A stretch of 64,000 nt of DNA. Source: Epiperipatus broadwayi. Taxonomy: Eukaryota; Animalia; Onychophora. The stretch covers positions 1,550,001 to 1,614,000 of the forward strand of contig JAQFVV010000006.1 of the NCBI GenBank assembly GCA_028023455.1, written 5' to 3'. A model generated the notes under the pieces. It searched no databases. It saw only the letters and a program-made list of their open reading frames with translations, and had not been told where the DNA came from. The translations under genes were made by a program, and so were the position numbers. Shown piece by piece: positions 52,724 to 64,000 of this stretch (position 1 is the first letter of the stretch; each line of letters opens with the position of its first letter).

Positions 52724-53695
52724 CACCTGGGTCTCATTTTATGCGGTAGATAGGTTCCACAGAAAACCCGCATTAAAAAAATTGCACAAAAATAGACTTA
52801 ACTTACCTTGAAAAATGGGGGATAGGGTCTGTAATTTTCAGAATTCGCATAAAAGCAAAGCAACAAGGAAAAATTATTTTAAAATTTGCATTAAAAAAAT
52901 AAGCAAATAAAGTATGACTAATAAAAAATTTCAAATATTTGAAAAAAATTAATACAAGACAAACTTTTTTTACTTTTTTTATTAACTACAGTATTTAATT
53001 TTACATTTTTCATACATATTTTAATCATTATGGCTAGCGTTCGTTTGTAAACTGATGAGAAATCAGATTTGATGTGCTGTGATGTATTGTGGCTTCTCCT
53101 TAAACGAAGTCAAGAATCTCTCAGCAATTATGCCCAGAGAAACCTGTTAGCCACTTTATTTTTATTCGTGATGTGCAACTAGCACCACTTTCAGTCTTGT
53201 GCTATGTTAATGGTTTTCTGTTTCTATATTTAAAAAATGAGATTGCAATCAAAACAAAAAGATTATACATTATCATTAGAAAGATTATTTTCAGATTATA
53301 AAATTTTCATTTTTTATTTTAAAAATCTAAAAGATTATTTATTTCTGTTATATATAACAAAATACGGTTTAAAAGTTTTAATTTTTTGAATATTTATTGT
53401 GATATTTTTATATGTAAGTATAAATCTATTATTATTATTTACTCATTAGTATAAATAGGTTATTTACATAGAAGCTAAGATTTTCAATGCAGCTTCAGGC
53501 CATATTCACGTTAGCTGTTAATATAACGTTATATTTTTGAAAAAAAAAGTATTTCAAGTCAAAATAAGTAATTAATAATTTAAATTTCTTGATATCTAAT
53601 AAATATAGTGAAATATGAAAGCTATTAAGAAGAAATCTAAATCGCATAACTTCAAAATCGCATTAAAATAATCCACATAAAACGAGACCTAGGTG
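52724..53695. mobile_element. Tc1/mariner-superfamily (pogo-like) MITE containing a LINE tail insertion (53060-53160, minus)
   Basis: TA-flanked TIRs CACCTGGGTCTCATTTTATGCGG / CCACATAAAACGAGACCTAGGTG; inner segment matches the 3' end of the 1400-3610 LINE. Confidence 0.8.
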
Positions 53696-54164
53696 TATAT
53701 TTAATCACATGATATTAAAATAAAAGACTAATTTAATAGTTTATTGCTTGCGAGCTCCTAGGAAGTTCAACCATCGGAAGTGATAGGAATGGGTATCGTT
53801 CTGCAAACATTGAATTCTATAAACTGCCAATCTACTACTCACCAATCCCTGCAAGACGATTTTGCTGGTGATATCTATAATGTTCATTTATTCTTAATTT
53901 TGGACAATGCACAAAGACAAAAGCTATAGTTCTATACCAAATTATTTTACCTGAAAACAAAAATGGCAACAGGAAAAATAAAGACGTAATTTTATAATAT
54001 CCGATCACATCACAATGGTTTACACTTTCATAAAGAATCTCATTTACAAAAATGCTGAACTACCAAAATAATCAGTTTATTTATTATTGAATTCGAAATA
54101 TAAACGGAAAAAATTAGCAGTTCTATTCTAAACATTTATCTAATATAATATTAATAGCATCTAT

Positions 54165-54955
54165 ATTCTTTATTACTTTTTACAAAGCTTTTTTACAACC
54201 CACTGACGGTTTCGATTGCCCCAGCAATCTTCTTCAGAACTATAACAAACAATACAATACATGAATACAAATATACATGAACATATAATTTTATAATTTA
54301 TATATATTCTATCTTATAATCATTATTTATATATTCACATATATCTTTATATACCTCTCTATATAATTATTACCTTTTTATATGTTATACATTTTAATCT
54401 TTTTTATATTCTATATTTATCAGTCAATACTTCCTATAATCATATATACTGTATATATATTATTTTTATTTCATTTATTTTTTATTTTACTCTTATTAAT
54501 TTTTTTATTATTTAACTCTAACATTATATATTCATATTTTTATATTTTACATTATTATTCATTATATTAACATTCAATATGTATAATTTAAAATATAAAA
54601 GTATGAGAATATAATGTTAGAGTTGAATATTAAAAAATTAATGAGAATAAAATAAAAAATAAATGAAATAAAAAACAAAATCTATATACATGATTATAGG
54701 AGGTATTGATTAATAAATATGGAATATAAAAATATTAAAATGTATAATATTGAAAAAGGTAATAATTGTATAGAAAGGTATATAAAGATGTATGGGGGTA
54801 TATAAATAATTATTATAAGATAGAATATATCTATATTTATATAAAATGTAAAATTGTATGTTCATGTATATTTGTTATAGTTCTGCCGAAGATTGTTAGG
54901 GCAATCAAAACCGTCAATAGGTTGTAAAAAAGCATTGTAAAAAGTAATAAAGAAC
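54165..54955. mobile_element. ~790-bp AT-rich fold-back with outward-facing Penelope-type HHRs
   Basis: Arms ~54165-54570 and ~54590-54955 are reverse complements; HHR motif near the outer end of each arm. Confidence 0.8.
54202..54240 (-). ncRNA. Penelope-type minimal HHR with complete core
   Basis: GUU CUGAAGA A GAUUGC-UGGG-GCAAUC GAAAC-C-GUC/AGU: perfect 6-bp stem II, one-nt insertion after A9, weak 3-bp stem I. Confidence 0.65.
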
Positions 54956-55419
54956 ACAGATGATATTAATATTATGTGGATTTGGCAATGCAATAAGAAA
55001 GATAAAATTACTGAACATTTATTCTTATAAAAAATTGTATAACGTAAAATCCATGCCTGAGAATCATCTAATATTTGAGTATGTTTACATCTGTCATCAT
55101 AATATTGGAAACATGTAAGGACTATAATTTGCATGGAGAAACTCATATATTAAAAATGGAATTGTTAGAAAATGAGATCCGTTTCTCCTTCATATTGAAT
55201 CTTCAATATAAACAGAATATAAAAGCAAATAATTTATGATTGTACACGAAATGTTTATTTTAGAAGAAATATAATGATGAAAAACAAGGGTGTGATTATT
55301 CAGACACGTTATACGACAGTACAGATGCCCAAAGATCACAATTTGTGAAAACAGTCTTTAATAAAGGAGCACAACTTTTTATTATTCTATATTCCAACTT
55401 GGTCGGGTACATTTTGTAG

Positions 55420-55910
55420 AAATAACCTAATATTAAAAGGAAATTATGTGTTTGAAAAAAAAAGTTTTTAATGAATGTGTGTTACCAGTTTTTACTTACT
55501 GATCTTAACAGAAGGATAATACAAAGACTTCAGACCACTCAACGAAGTATGAAGAGATTTATGTTGGAGTAACAAGACAATATTGAAAACAAAATACATT
55601 GGTTAGAGAACAAACAGATGTTACTGACATCATTGAAAGAATTAAGAGTCTGGGGTTAGTTGGGCTGAACATATTGCTAGAAGAGATGATAATAGATGGA
55701 TGGGTGAAATCTTAAACTGGATTCCGAGAGATTGTAAAAGATCTAAAAAGCTATCACATGTGAGATGGATGGATGGATGACATAAGGAAGTGTGCTGGGG
55801 TGATATAGGGAAGAGAGTCTAGAGATCGGAGATGGTTTGAACTTGAACAGACCTTCATCCATTAGTCATCCATTAGTGGATCGATATTGGTTGAAAATGA
55901 TAATGATGAT
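55420..55910 (+). mobile_element. RTE-like LINE 3' fragment
   Basis: Colinear with 48100-48605; (TGA)n tail. Confidence 0.85.
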
Positions 55911-56009
55911 TTCATTGTATTTGAAATACAAACTTTTTTTATAATTAAGTAAATTATGTATATATATTTATTAACATTTTTTTTTCTTTAATTAATCTCT
56001 ATAAAGCAA

Positions 56010-56187
56010 TATTCGCTAATAAATTAAGCTTAATTTTCAATCTATCCACTCTATTTTGAACACTTTAGCAAAAACCTTTTATTGGCTGTATATTCATATA
56101 GAATCTTACATTTCAACTGCTCTGCAGTGTTCTTCAGAGCCACATGTTTTGAACATTTATTAGCAAAAACCTTTTTATTGTATATAT
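56010..56187 (-). mobile_element. Penelope-type pLTR fragment with HHR-like motif (56105-56140)
   Basis: CTGAAGA-A-CACTGC-AGA-GCAGTT-GAAAT-GTA-AG; reverse complement of 58470-58610. Confidence 0.65.
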
Positions 56188-57149
56188 TGTAACGAGCACA
56201 GACGTTCGTTACATTGTTGTTTTTTTATTTTTATTTATTAAACATGAAAGTAAATTAAAAAGTTCGCATTTAAAAATTTTCTTTAAGAATTAAAAATTGA
56301 AATTAAATATCAACTTAAACTCTTATATATTAAATCGCACAGATAATGAAAAATTATTAAAATAAAAATTTATTAAAGAAAAAGTATTTTAAAACTAAAT
56401 TTTAAAAAGATTTGGAGATAAAATTATATCTTTAAATTTATCTTTAAACATATTTTTGATTTGGAAAACAGGTTAATTAATCAGAAATGGAAATGATTGT
56501 TAATTAGTTAAATGTAAACCAGCCTTGGCATTTAAATGTAAAAACACCGGTCAGATAAGAAAACAATAGAAACTTTCAGCAAATGAAATAAATCCATTTG
56601 GAAATCGGACCTCAACGAAAAGGATCATCTCATTGATGACGTAATGTTAAGTCAATCCTTCGAATACGTATAAAAGGAAAAATTTTGGAAATTATTAATT
56701 AGTGACTAGTTATTGATGATTATTACGATGTAACAGCTAGGTGTTAGTGCTGAGGGGATTGAAAAAGACGCACAGCTTCAATCCCTTCAGTTCTGTTAAG
56801 AAAGGAAGAAAAAGGAGCCATCGTTTCTACATTGAGGACCAACTACACTAAAAAATCTCCGGATGGATAAATAAATCGGCCAACAGGATACCAATCTTCG
56901 GACGACGTGGAATTCACGTTCAAACGGCAAGGAATATATGAAGATGAACTATTTAAATAACCGTAAGAACTTTAAAATTTATGAACAGTAAATTAAAAAC
57001 TTTCCAGATTTAAATAATTGCAATATTATTCTATCTGACCAACATTATTTATTAATTAGTTATAATTTTATTTAATGTATTTATTTTGTAAAATCATTTC
57101 CATTTATTTATTTTTTGTTCTTTAAGTTTTATTATGATTTTTGTTTTCC

Positions 57150-58430
57150 GTTAAGTTAAATTATATAAATGTTAAACTTAAGTCGGGCGTGAATGGCTGT
57201 ATAGATTTGTAAAGTTATATTAGGGGAGGGTAATCTTAGGTTATTTGTTTCGTGGTTAAATTGGGTCAATGGATTGGATATATTGGTGTGATTAGTAGAT
57301 GTAATATTGATTCGCCACGGGCAGAATCGCTTCATACGCCACACACTTCCGTTTGCCTATGGAAGGAATTATAAGTCGGATACCGCAGTTCCTTTCTATG
57401 GAGTTTTTTGTTTTATTGCTCTTCTTTAGAGATAGATGTAATATTCCTATCTCATAAGAGGCAATTTCTTCTTTTAACCTTTTGTGCTGTCGTATTTTAT
57501 TACATTGAATACATCGATATATCAGATGAATTGATGCCAGTTTGACTACGAATTTTAGCCTAAAGTTAAATAGGGATAGAATATTTCAATTTCAATGCAA
57601 ATCTATGTAGTATTCATGCTCGACCCTAAATAAAAATGCATTAAATTTAAGTTGTTTATAGATGCTTGCATGGATTGTTTATCGGTTAACTATGTTCTGC
57701 GTTTTCATATTTGATCAAAATATATAGACATTCGATAAATAATGATACCTTACGGTGAGTATCTAAAATGTATTTATTCGGATGTCTTTTAAGTTATTGG
57801 TGACAATGCAAGTATCTTATGGTGAATACTATTGGGTTACATATAAATTTCCCTCCGCAATTGTCAGTAATCAATAATTTTATATTTTGATCGCTTATGT
57901 TTACTTTGGAATGTTTTTAACCGTGTAATCTATGTAACCGATCTATAGCAACTTATTATAACAAGCTTTTATAATCCCATCTGTGCGAACTTAATTAAAA
58001 TGTAAACTTATAATATAATAGAAATTAAAATGTAAATTAAAATCTAAGGTAAAGTTAAAAATAATGTTAAAATGTAAAACTAATACTAAAATAATTTTAA
58101 ATCTTATATATATGTGCATAAATAAATGTTTGAAATGTTTTTGACCGTGGAATCTATGTAATCGATCTATACCCAACATTTTTAAATAAATCTGTGCGAA
58201 CGTATATAAATGTTAAAATTAAGTCGGGCGCGAATGGCTATATAGTTTTGTAAAGTTGTATTAAGGGAGGGTAATCTTAGGTTATTCATTTCGTAGTTGA
58301 ATTGGTTCAATGGATTGGATATATTTGTGTAATTAGTAAATGTAGTATGAGATCCGCTACGGGCAGGATTATAGATATACGCCACACACCCTCTGTTTGC
58401 CTATGGATGGGTTTGCAATTCGGCAGAAGA
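57150..58430. repeat. Two-module direct repeats (57150-57390 ~ 58195-58430; 57910-57990 ~ 58135-58200), likely PLE UTR pieces
   Basis: Shared AAGTCGGGCG.GAATGGCT...GGGAGGGTAATCTTAGGTTATT...ACGCCACACAC blocks. Confidence 0.65.
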
Positions 58431-58440
58431 CCGCAGTCCA

Positions 58441-58510
58441 TTCAACTGCCCTGCAGTATTCTTCAGAGCCACATGCTCTGAAGAATACTGCAGGGCAGTT
58501 GAAATGTAAG
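58441..58510. ncRNA. Perfect 29-bp inverted repeat holding two head-to-head HHR-like cores
   Basis: TTCAACTGCCCTGCAGTATTCTTCAGAGC-CACAT-GCTCTGAAGAATACTGCAGGGCAGTTGAA then ATGTAAG. Confidence 0.7.
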
Positions 58511-58884
58511 ATTGCATATACATATATGTACAATAAAAGGTTTTTGCTAAAAAGTATTCAAAGTAGAGTGGATACATTGAATTTATATATTACAGCAAAT
58601 ATTGTTTAATTTTTTTTTTTTAAATCAATAATTTTTCTAAAGCAACAAGTTCATCATTTTTTTTAAAACATTTTTAAATTTTTATTGTTATATTCATTTT
58701 TTCAAATTCTTAAAATTTCTTAAACTGGAGGCCTCCCAATTCTTAATTATATCAATATATAGGCTGAAACCCGGAATAACATTGTTCTGTGTTTTTATAT
58801 AATATTTGTGAAATTGTTATACAGTATGCTATAAAATAATTAAATTGAGCAAGATAAATTGTGTTTAAGAACTATGACTTACTC

Positions 58885-59730
58885 TTTATTTTATTCCAGA
58901 GCCTTCTAGTATAAAACTAATTAGTACTATGGATAGTAGATATGTCCCAATTTCCAACTAATGTCTACTGGATTACTCATGCTTGCAATAGGTGGCTCTA
59001 CTATAGTTATTATATTTATTTTATTCCAGAGCCCTCTAGTATAAAATTAATTAGTACTATGGATAGTAGATATGTCCAAATCTTTATCTTACGTCTACTG
59101 GATTACTCATGCTTGCAATAGATGGCTCCACCATAGTTATTTTATTTACTTTATTCCAAAGGCCTCTAATGTCTACTGATTACTCATGCTTGCAATAGAT
59201 GGCTCCACTATAATTATTCTATTTACTTTATTCCAGAGCCCTCTAATGTCTCCTGATTACTCATGCTTGCAATAGATGGCTCCACTATAGTTATTCTATT
59301 TACTTTATTCTAGAGCCCTCTAATGTCTACTGATTACTCATGCTTGCAATAGATGGCTCCACTATAGTTATTCTATTTACTTTATTCCAGAGGCCTCTAA
59401 TGTCTACTGATTACTCATGCTTGCAATAGATGGCTCCACTATAGTTATTCTATTTACTTTATTCCAGAGCCCCCTAATGTCTACTGATTACTCATGCTGC
59501 AATAGATGGCTCCACTATAGTTATTCTATTTACTTTATTCCAGCCCTCTAATGTCTACTGAATAGATGGCTCCAATATAGTTATTCTATTTACTTTATTC
59601 CAGAGCCCTCTAATGTCTACTGATTACTCATGCTTGCAATAGATGGCTCCACTATAGTTATTCTATTTACTTTATTCCAGAGCTCTCTAATGTCTACTGA
59701 TTACTTACGCTTGCAATAGATGGCTCTAGT
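58885..59730. repeat. Minisatellite: two 130-bp units followed by ~7 77-bp units
   Basis: TTATTCCA anchors at 58891, 59021, 59151, 59228...; 77-mer TTATTCCAGAGCCCTCTAATGTCTACTGATTACTCATGCTTGCAATAGATGGCTCCACTATAGTTATTCTATTTACT. Confidence 0.95.
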
Positions 59731-60329
59731 ATAAACTAAATAAATTAATTGCTGCTAATGCTAAATGTTAATAAGAAGCAGAGAAAATTATGTTAGTATT
59801 TTTTGGTATTTCAAATCAAAGTGTTTTTTATATCATTAGAAGCATGTTGTCACCTTTTTTTTTAGTTGATGATGTCTTCTGAAATATAAAACTAAAACTT
59901 AAGATGGAATGATACCATATTTATGTATGGAATTTATTTCTATTGGCTTTATTTTATATATTATATTTTATGTACATTCACAGCATTTGGTTCCAAGTTT
60001 TCTTATGAAAATCATAATTTTTGCATTGTAGCAAATTCTATATGTTTTTAACATATATATATAAAATAAATAAAATATTTGTTAATTTAAAACTTTTGTA
60101 ATAACAATAAAAATAATATATAAAATGTAATTAACTATTATATACAGTATTTTCCTGAAGGTTTATGTATGCTGTTTTGAGTTGTATTTATATGTTGGAC
60201 TATTTCCATCTTCTAATATGAGTATTGAATGTCTTTAGAAAAATTATTCCAAATCAATATATAAAAACAAGTATTATATACAGTCTTTCAATCCGCAAAA
60301 GTACTTTTGGCTAATTCCTTAACCGTCTT

Positions 60330-60830
60330 CAACTGCCATTAAATTCAAAAAATTTAATGGAAGCAAACGCCATCAACTCATATCTCATGAATCCTGAATT
60401 TAATGTTACCTATAACTTCGGTTAATATGCCATATTTTTCTAAGGAACTACCAATATTGCCACAACTCATTTTTCCATAAGGCCATATTTTGGCTAGATG
60501 ATGATAATGATTAATCAAATGCTCAGTTCCTCTATAATTTCTTCTGTACATTTACTATAAACACTTTCTATATTTCCTGATCATCGTCATTGTTTTGATA
60601 ACTACCTATCTAATGGATGGACCCATTATTACTCCACATGGATAGTTTCATTTAGAAATTCATGGCAATAACCAGGGCCTGACAATGCCATCTTCCACCA
60701 CATAGTAGCCGCCAATGAACACAAGCAAGACATACCTCATAACATCTCTGTTAACATTCAGACAATAGTACAGTTTAGAGAAAGGACTCTATCTATGGTC
60801 CAGATAATGCTGATGATAATTTTGAATACT
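60330..60830 (+). mobile_element. Possible Penelope endonuclease C-terminal relics
   Basis: KNLMEANAINSYLMNPEFNVTYNFG and DNAIFHHIVAANEH resemble PLE ORF ends. Confidence 0.4.
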
Positions 60831-61333
60831 AAACTAATTTGTGGAATGAGACAGAAAATACGAATAGCACACAACTATTTTCTATTATGTTCCTAATAAA
60901 GTTTATTTAACTAACAACAAAAAAGAAACAGAGTCATAATAAAAATCATAAAATTACAACTACACTGAGTGGTGTTTCTTCTCTGAGAAATATAAAAATA
61001 ATATAGACAAATAAATCAAAATGAAATAAAATAAAATATTAACTAATGATTACAATAGTCAAATATGTTTAAAAATACATATATACAAGCAACAAAGATT
61101 ACCAATTATAAAATTATTATAAAAAGCCTTTTTTGGCAAATTATGTTTTTTTGCCCTTTTCAATATGTCTCTACGATTTAAGCACATACAGCGACATCTA
61201 TATCAATACATGAGAGAAGACAGATAAACAAATGGATATCTGACACGATCTATTATGTGATTTTTCCCCCTCAATTCTACTACAAAATTACTCTGTTATA
61301 GATATTGAATGGATATATATCCACATATATTAA

Positions 61334-61790
61334 TTAATTAACTATCCATTCTTTATCCATTAACCACTTATTATTTAACTTAATGGATGTTTTGTATATA
61401 TTCATACAGTTGTTTTTATTATACATGATGTAGTTTGTTTCATATATTTTACGCCTATTAACATTTTTAATATAATCAAGAACACTTATATTATCAATAC
61501 AATTTATTTTATGTCCGTATTGCAAATAATGAACATATAACGCAGATCTACCATCTATCTATCATCTTTCCTAGCAATAGCATCATTGTGTTCTTTAGCT
61601 CTTTCTCCCAATTGCTTTGATGTCTGGCCATAGTAAATCATATTACAAAAATTACATCTAATTTTATAAACCATTCCTCTCTTATATTTTATATCATCTT
61701 TCATCCTACAATTAGTTATCAATTTCTCCAAATTTTTGCTATTAGCCCATCCCACATTAATGTTTTTATCTATATAATTAATATAACTAA
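61334..61790 (-). mobile_element. Penelope GIY-YIG endonuclease domain (pseudogene)
   Basis: RGMVYKIRCNFCNMIYYGQTSKQLGERAKEH then, after an 11-nt GATA-type insertion, GRSALYVHYLQYGHKINCIDNISVLDYIKNVNRRKIYETNYI...CMN. Confidence 0.9.
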
Positions 61791-62054
61791 TGATTGAATA
61801 CATTAATTGATAACCCAATGTCCATTGAACAAAGATAAACTTTATATAAAATAATATGATAAAGAACAAGAGAAAAAAAGTAATTGTTATCGGATAATAC
61901 ACCTATGCATCTTATCACAGATTTTATAATAATTTATAAGCTTAAAGATATTTTATGGGGTTTATATATTTCATTACGTGCTAATATCTGTTGCTGCAGA
62001 ATTGTTCAGTTAAAGAATTTCAGATTCTGCTCTTTCAGTTCCTTCCCAGATTCC

Positions 62055-62340
62055 TTAGTAATTTGATACATATATATTAAAATTTTCTTATCATCTTCTT
62101 ATATACACTTTAATGCAATCGTTTTATATATAATTTCCTTTTTTATTTTGCTTACAGTTTTGACTGTCCTGCAGTCTTCATCATTAGAGAGCTCTGATGA
62201 AGACTGCAGGACAGTCGAAAAACTAAACAAGATAAAGGAGGAATTATATATAAAAAAGATTGCATTAAAGTGTATATGAGGAGATGAGAAGAAAATTTTA
62301 ATATATATGAATATATGAAGGGAAATGCAAAAAAAAAAGA
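62055..62340. mobile_element. Penelope pseudo-LTR fold-back (family C) with paired HHR motifs
   Basis: TTTTGACTGTCCTGCAGTCTTCATCA / TGATGAAGACTGCAGGACAGTCGAAA; plus core CUGAUGA-A-GACUG-CAGGA-CAGUC-GAAA at 62194-62220; lies next to the GIY-YIG relic. Confidence 0.85.
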
Positions 62341-62919
62341 TATAAGAATAATTTGATACATGATGTAGGCCTTGTTTATAGAATTTACTCTTAAAATAGG
62401 CTCCATTACTTTTCAGACAAATAGACTATACAATCAGCGCATCCCATGTGTTATCTAAAAAGCAAGGCATTCATCATATTTTTCCGAGTAACATGAAGGC
62501 AATAACTAGAAAGTCACTTAGAACATTTTAGCACATGATTGGAGAACAAACAGCACAGTAAATGAATTGATATTAAGCATGGTAAAATTAAATGTGGCAC
62601 ACAAAAGAAATAATTTTATACAGCCACTGTATGCTCCAGTATTATATTGCTTCTTTGTTCTTCTACCAGTCGACACTGATTTTTTCTCTAAATGACCCCC
62701 CCCCACTTTAGCTCTCCACCTTACAAAATGTGATCAATACTCTCTCTAAAACAAAATTAATGTCTCCATCTGTAGTCTCTGAAATGCCTCTGCATTTAAT
62801 TAACACTGCATTCCAAAATTAAAAGTATTATATTTTAAAATATGATATTTTTTAAGCAAAGTCTACATTCCAGACAAAAATTAAAATTATATCTGAAAAG
62901 GATTGGTATTAACCCACCA

Positions 62920-63885
62920 AACATTATATGATCACTATTCTTTATGCTTACACAAGCTGGTTACACAGAAGCAAAACTCTTCATACAGTAGCTTCACTCA
63001 GTGTGAGAGTAATTAATGGATGCAGGAAGGTTTGTACGTAAAATCCCTATCTAGTGCTTACCCATCCAATATTCCCAGACCAGTTTCTAGATTATGGCTT
63101 CATCAGTGAGGAGTCTTGGATCTGAGAGCACTGCATCTAGATCTTAGGATCTAATGCAACTCTCCAGCAGCTAGCTTGAAAATATTATTGTGTTTTCATT
63201 TTGAACTCAAAGCTTTATAGTTAGCTTAAAAGGTAAAGGGGTGGTTGCTGGAGGGTTGCATTAGATCCTAAGATCTAGGCGCAGTGCTCTTAGACCCAAG
63301 GCTCCTCACTGATGGAAGTCACAAGCTAGAAACTAATCTGGGGATATTGGATGGATAGGCACTAGATAGGTATTTTATGGACAAACTTTCCTGCATCCAC
63401 AGATTACTCTGGCTTGCACTGAATGACACTACTGTATGAGAGTTTTCCCTTGTGTAAGCATAAAAATGGTGATCATGTGATGTGGATTAATGGCAATCCT
63501 GTCCAATAGGATTATGGTGATTGTGATTATTAAAGAACCAAAGACTAAAATGTATGGATGCTGAACTGAGTTGAGATCTATATAATTATACAAACTAATG
63601 AGTTTAGCTTGAAAACTTATTGTGTTTTGATTTTCGACTCAAAGCTTTATAGTTAGCGAAAAAGATAAAAGATGGCTGTAGGAGGGTTGCCTTAGATCCT
63701 AAGATCTAGGTGCAGTGCTCTCAGATCCAAGGCTCCTCTCTAATGAAAGACACAAGCTAGAAACTAGTCGGGATATTGGATGAATAGGAACTGGATAGGG
63801 ATTTTATGCACAAACCTTCCTGCATCCATTGATTATTCTGACATGCACTGAGTGGTGCTACTGTATGGAGAGTTTTGCCTCTTTG
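62920..63885. mobile_element. Family A: inverted partial monomer plus tandem plus-strand monomers, 431-bp period, three HHRs
   Basis: HHRs at 63064-63121 (-), 63294-63352 (+) and 63725-63781 (+); predicted cleavage sites 63338 and 63769; no ORF. Confidence 0.88.
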
Positions 63886-64000
63886 TATATCTGAAAAGCA
63901 CAATAATCCCTTATAATCACTGTCTGCATTATGTTAGCTCTTAATTAAACGTTTAAGTTCGACAAAAATTTTTAATTAAAAACTTTAAATGACTTTTTTT

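Noticed and set aside
53050-53070. CTGATGAGAAATCAG as a hammerhead core
   Set aside because: No stem II between CUGAUGA and GAAA and no stem I/III; it sits at a LINE-tail junction.
54382-54570. Hydrophobic 62-aa ORF as a membrane peptide, and similar F/I/L-rich ORFs in the track
   Set aside because: Compositional artefact of T-rich fold-back arms and AT-rich DNA.
56188-57150. Solo LTR starting TGTAACGA, with TCGTTACA only 26 bp later
   Set aside because: LTR-like termini but no target-site duplication, no second LTR, and no PBS/PPT or gag/pol evidence.
58885-59730. CRISPR-like or ribozyme-containing array
   Set aside because: Contiguous near-identical units without spacers; no CUGANGA/GAAA arrangement on either strand.

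Overview
AT-rich (roughly 70% AT by eye) eukaryotic DNA, probably from an invertebrate, and almost entirely non-coding. Only one host exon is confidently recognised: a 90-bp DDX55/SPB4-like DEAD-box helicase exon at 49236-49325 (+). The ORF track mostly reflects decayed transposons. Non-LTR relics include two RTE-like families, a LINE with a C-terminal Zn-finger, and Penelope RT/GIY-YIG fragments. DNA transposon relics include a Buster-type hAT plus MITE, mariner, Merlin, a piggyBac fragment plus MITE, and a TA-flanked MITE. There are also two 77-81 bp minisatellites and a tRNA-like short retroposon with TSDs. The most striking signal is about 30 hammerhead-ribozyme (HHR)-like motifs in at least four sequence families. 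Most are degenerate; one, at 16197-16247, is fully canonical. They sit in non-coding ~430-bp and ~470-bp tandem monomers (retrozyme-like) and in fold-backs that are always head-to-head. Compensatory base changes and palindromic helix III support a conserved dimer-type ribozyme fold. All folds and homologies were read by eye; no activity, expression or database match was tested.
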